From the NCBI GenBank assembly GCA_032718475.1, contig JAUCBJ010006256.1, forward strand, positions 9,229 through 73,228: DNA of 64,000 nt, written 5' to 3'. Shown piece by piece: positions 61,986 to 64,000 of this stretch. The notes beneath the pieces are model-generated. The model worked only from the letters and a program-made list of their open reading frames with translations. It searched no databases and was not told where the DNA came from. Source of the stretch: Nemertoderma westbladi. Its lineage: Eukaryota; Animalia; Xenacoelomorpha. Every line of letters starts with the position of its first letter. Position 1 is the first letter of the stretch. The translations under genes and the position numbers were made by a program.

Positions 61986-64000
61986 GCAGTGCTGCCACAG
62001 CCATCTATTTTGCATGTAGAAGGTTGAATTTTGATTTCATCGAAAGGTTCGAAAGATTCCAACCCCCATGGGTTGAATTGAACGACCTCAATAAAAATAC
62101 TGTTATTAAATTTTCTTAGTTATCTTAGTAAAATATTGTTTTTTATTTGACTTCCAAAATAATTATATTACCAACAAAATATAATCTATTGGATATTAAT
62201 AACAATGTGTGTTATACAAGATAACTAATTCCATTGCAATGGTCGGAGAGATGACCTACTGTATGACTTAATCCCTCCTATAAATAATATGCCTCTCTAA
62301 TCATATCATATTATACCTTTCCTTTATCAGCAATTAAACATGAAAATACGCACGAACATCTTATTTAAAATCCCTATGAATTTAAATCTGTGAGTAACGG
62401 ATGAAGGATACTCCCTGAAATGACTTCCCCACATGCAAGAACTCTTGCCTCTCCTTACTGGCCCTACAGAAAGTTTTGAGTGTCAGGAATAATTTCCTAG
62501 GTTTTAATGAGTTACTGGTACCCTCAACAAAGTACCCCCTACCAGAATGCGTTAAAGTCATCATTTAGATCAGCTCAGCCATTTTATCGGCTCGCCGATT
62601 TACGACTATTGCCTGAATGCTTATTCGAGTAATTTATCATTGCAGTTGTATTCAATTCCACACCATTTTCCATCATTGTTTCTTTTCCTGTGTTTTTTTT
62701 AATAATAATTAAAGGCAGTGCTTGTTAGTAATGCGTAAACTACTCAGACATTGTCCCAAAAGGCTCGCTCTGTTGCAGTTTGAGGCAGCAGTTAACTGAA
62801 GCAGCCTGTCTCCATTAGTAGGGAATGGAGACCGTAAGAGGCATTATTAAAAGGGGAAGGAAGTTCATTTAATTTTCTGAATTTCATTCCCCTGGGATTC
62901 TGTTGATGGAGGTGATAGAGGTTCATTACATTAGTAGGATAATGATGGGGATTCGTCAGCAACAATTTTACTGTAAGCGAAATCGCGTGGGTGGGTATGG
63001 GTGGGGGGGGGGGGGAGGGAGGGGGGGGGGTGGAATTGTAGGGGTGGGCTGTTTAGTACAAACCCTCTATAATAACTCTATCCTAACTAACTAACTATAC
63101 TAACTCCCTTTCTGTACGAACTTCCCGCAAGTTTGTAAACTCATCTAAGGAACCAATATGGGTGGGTCGGGGGTCGGGGGGGGGGGGGGGGGGGGCAATC
63201 CAAATTGAACCACATTCGTGGTAACACTTAGCAAATAACTGCTGTTTATTATCAACTAATATGCTTTTTTAAACTGAAAAATGGGATGGGATAAAATAGA
63301 ATAACAGTTTAATTTGTTTTTGTTATATTTCTCGGACTTATTACGGATGACCGTGCGTAGACAGGCAATACAGAGTTATGTACCAGAACTTAAAAGAAAC
63401 CTGATAAAAACTTAAAATTTGGCAAAAAATTCCACATTTCTATTTTTTAAATTTTATGTTTGTCGCTAATTCACACTAAATTTTAACAATGTCTGTAAAA
63501 ACGTGCCTTCTGATCTTTCATTATAACTAGTACATCTTTAACTAATGTCTTACGATCTTTCATTGTAATAACTGGTACATCTTAAACTAATGCCTTTATG
63601 ATATTTCATTGTAACTGGAACATCTTTAACTAATTCTAGCAATTACTTTTGTCATTTTTTTTGTCTATTTTGAACAATATTAAAATTTATTATAAATTTT
63701 TTTTTTATTTTATTATAAATTTTTATTTTATTTTATTATAAATTATTAGTTTTTTTTATTTTATTATAAATCTAAACTGATAATTAAAGCTGAATTTGCG
63801 AAAATCCTGAACTTATATAATCGAAACTTCCGTAACAGAAAACTGTAAATCTATTATTTACCTAAATTCCAACCCAACCGGGTTTATCTATTATTTACCT
63901 AAACTCCAACCCAACCGGCTCATTCCAAAGTAAAGTACGGGACATTCGTACACAATATTTAACTTTGATTGCCTGTACAATGTTATCCACAGCACATATG

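Noticed and set aside
55224-62119. Many overlapping ORFs up to 460 aa (GSPCWAVRAGQSVL)
   Set aside because: 14-bp satellite that is open in several frames on both strands with scattered stops

Overview
This is AT-rich, repeat-saturated eukaryotic (animal, probably invertebrate) genomic DNA, not prokaryotic. I see no operons, rRNA, true tRNA genes or CRISPR arrays, and most ORFs in the track are artefacts of tandem repeats or decayed retroelements. The window holds nested non-autonomous DNA transposons (PIF/Harbinger-, Tc1/mariner-, piggyBac- and Transib-like ends) and a 6.6-kb head-to-tail array of four Helentron/DINE-1-type (HINE) elements carrying (GGCTC)n. It also holds many decayed non-LTR retrotransposons (RTE, RTE-X-like, CR1/L2 group), a tRNA-headed Deu/Nin-type SINE whose 3' part expanded into a 63-bp array, a 60/47-bp minisatellite next to a strongly structured ~500-nt segment, and a 6.6-kb 14-bp satellite. 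The only convincing host-gene signal is one exon at 38789-38977 encoding a signal peptide followed by an RDRR convertase-type site. No intact autonomous element or clearly new multi-gene system could be supported. The best leads are the secreted-protein exon, the mixed HINE concatemer, the structured segment plus hairpin minisatellite, and a CACAGTG-ended foldback element. All alignments and motif calls were made by eye; family assignments need database confirmation and many boundaries are approximate.
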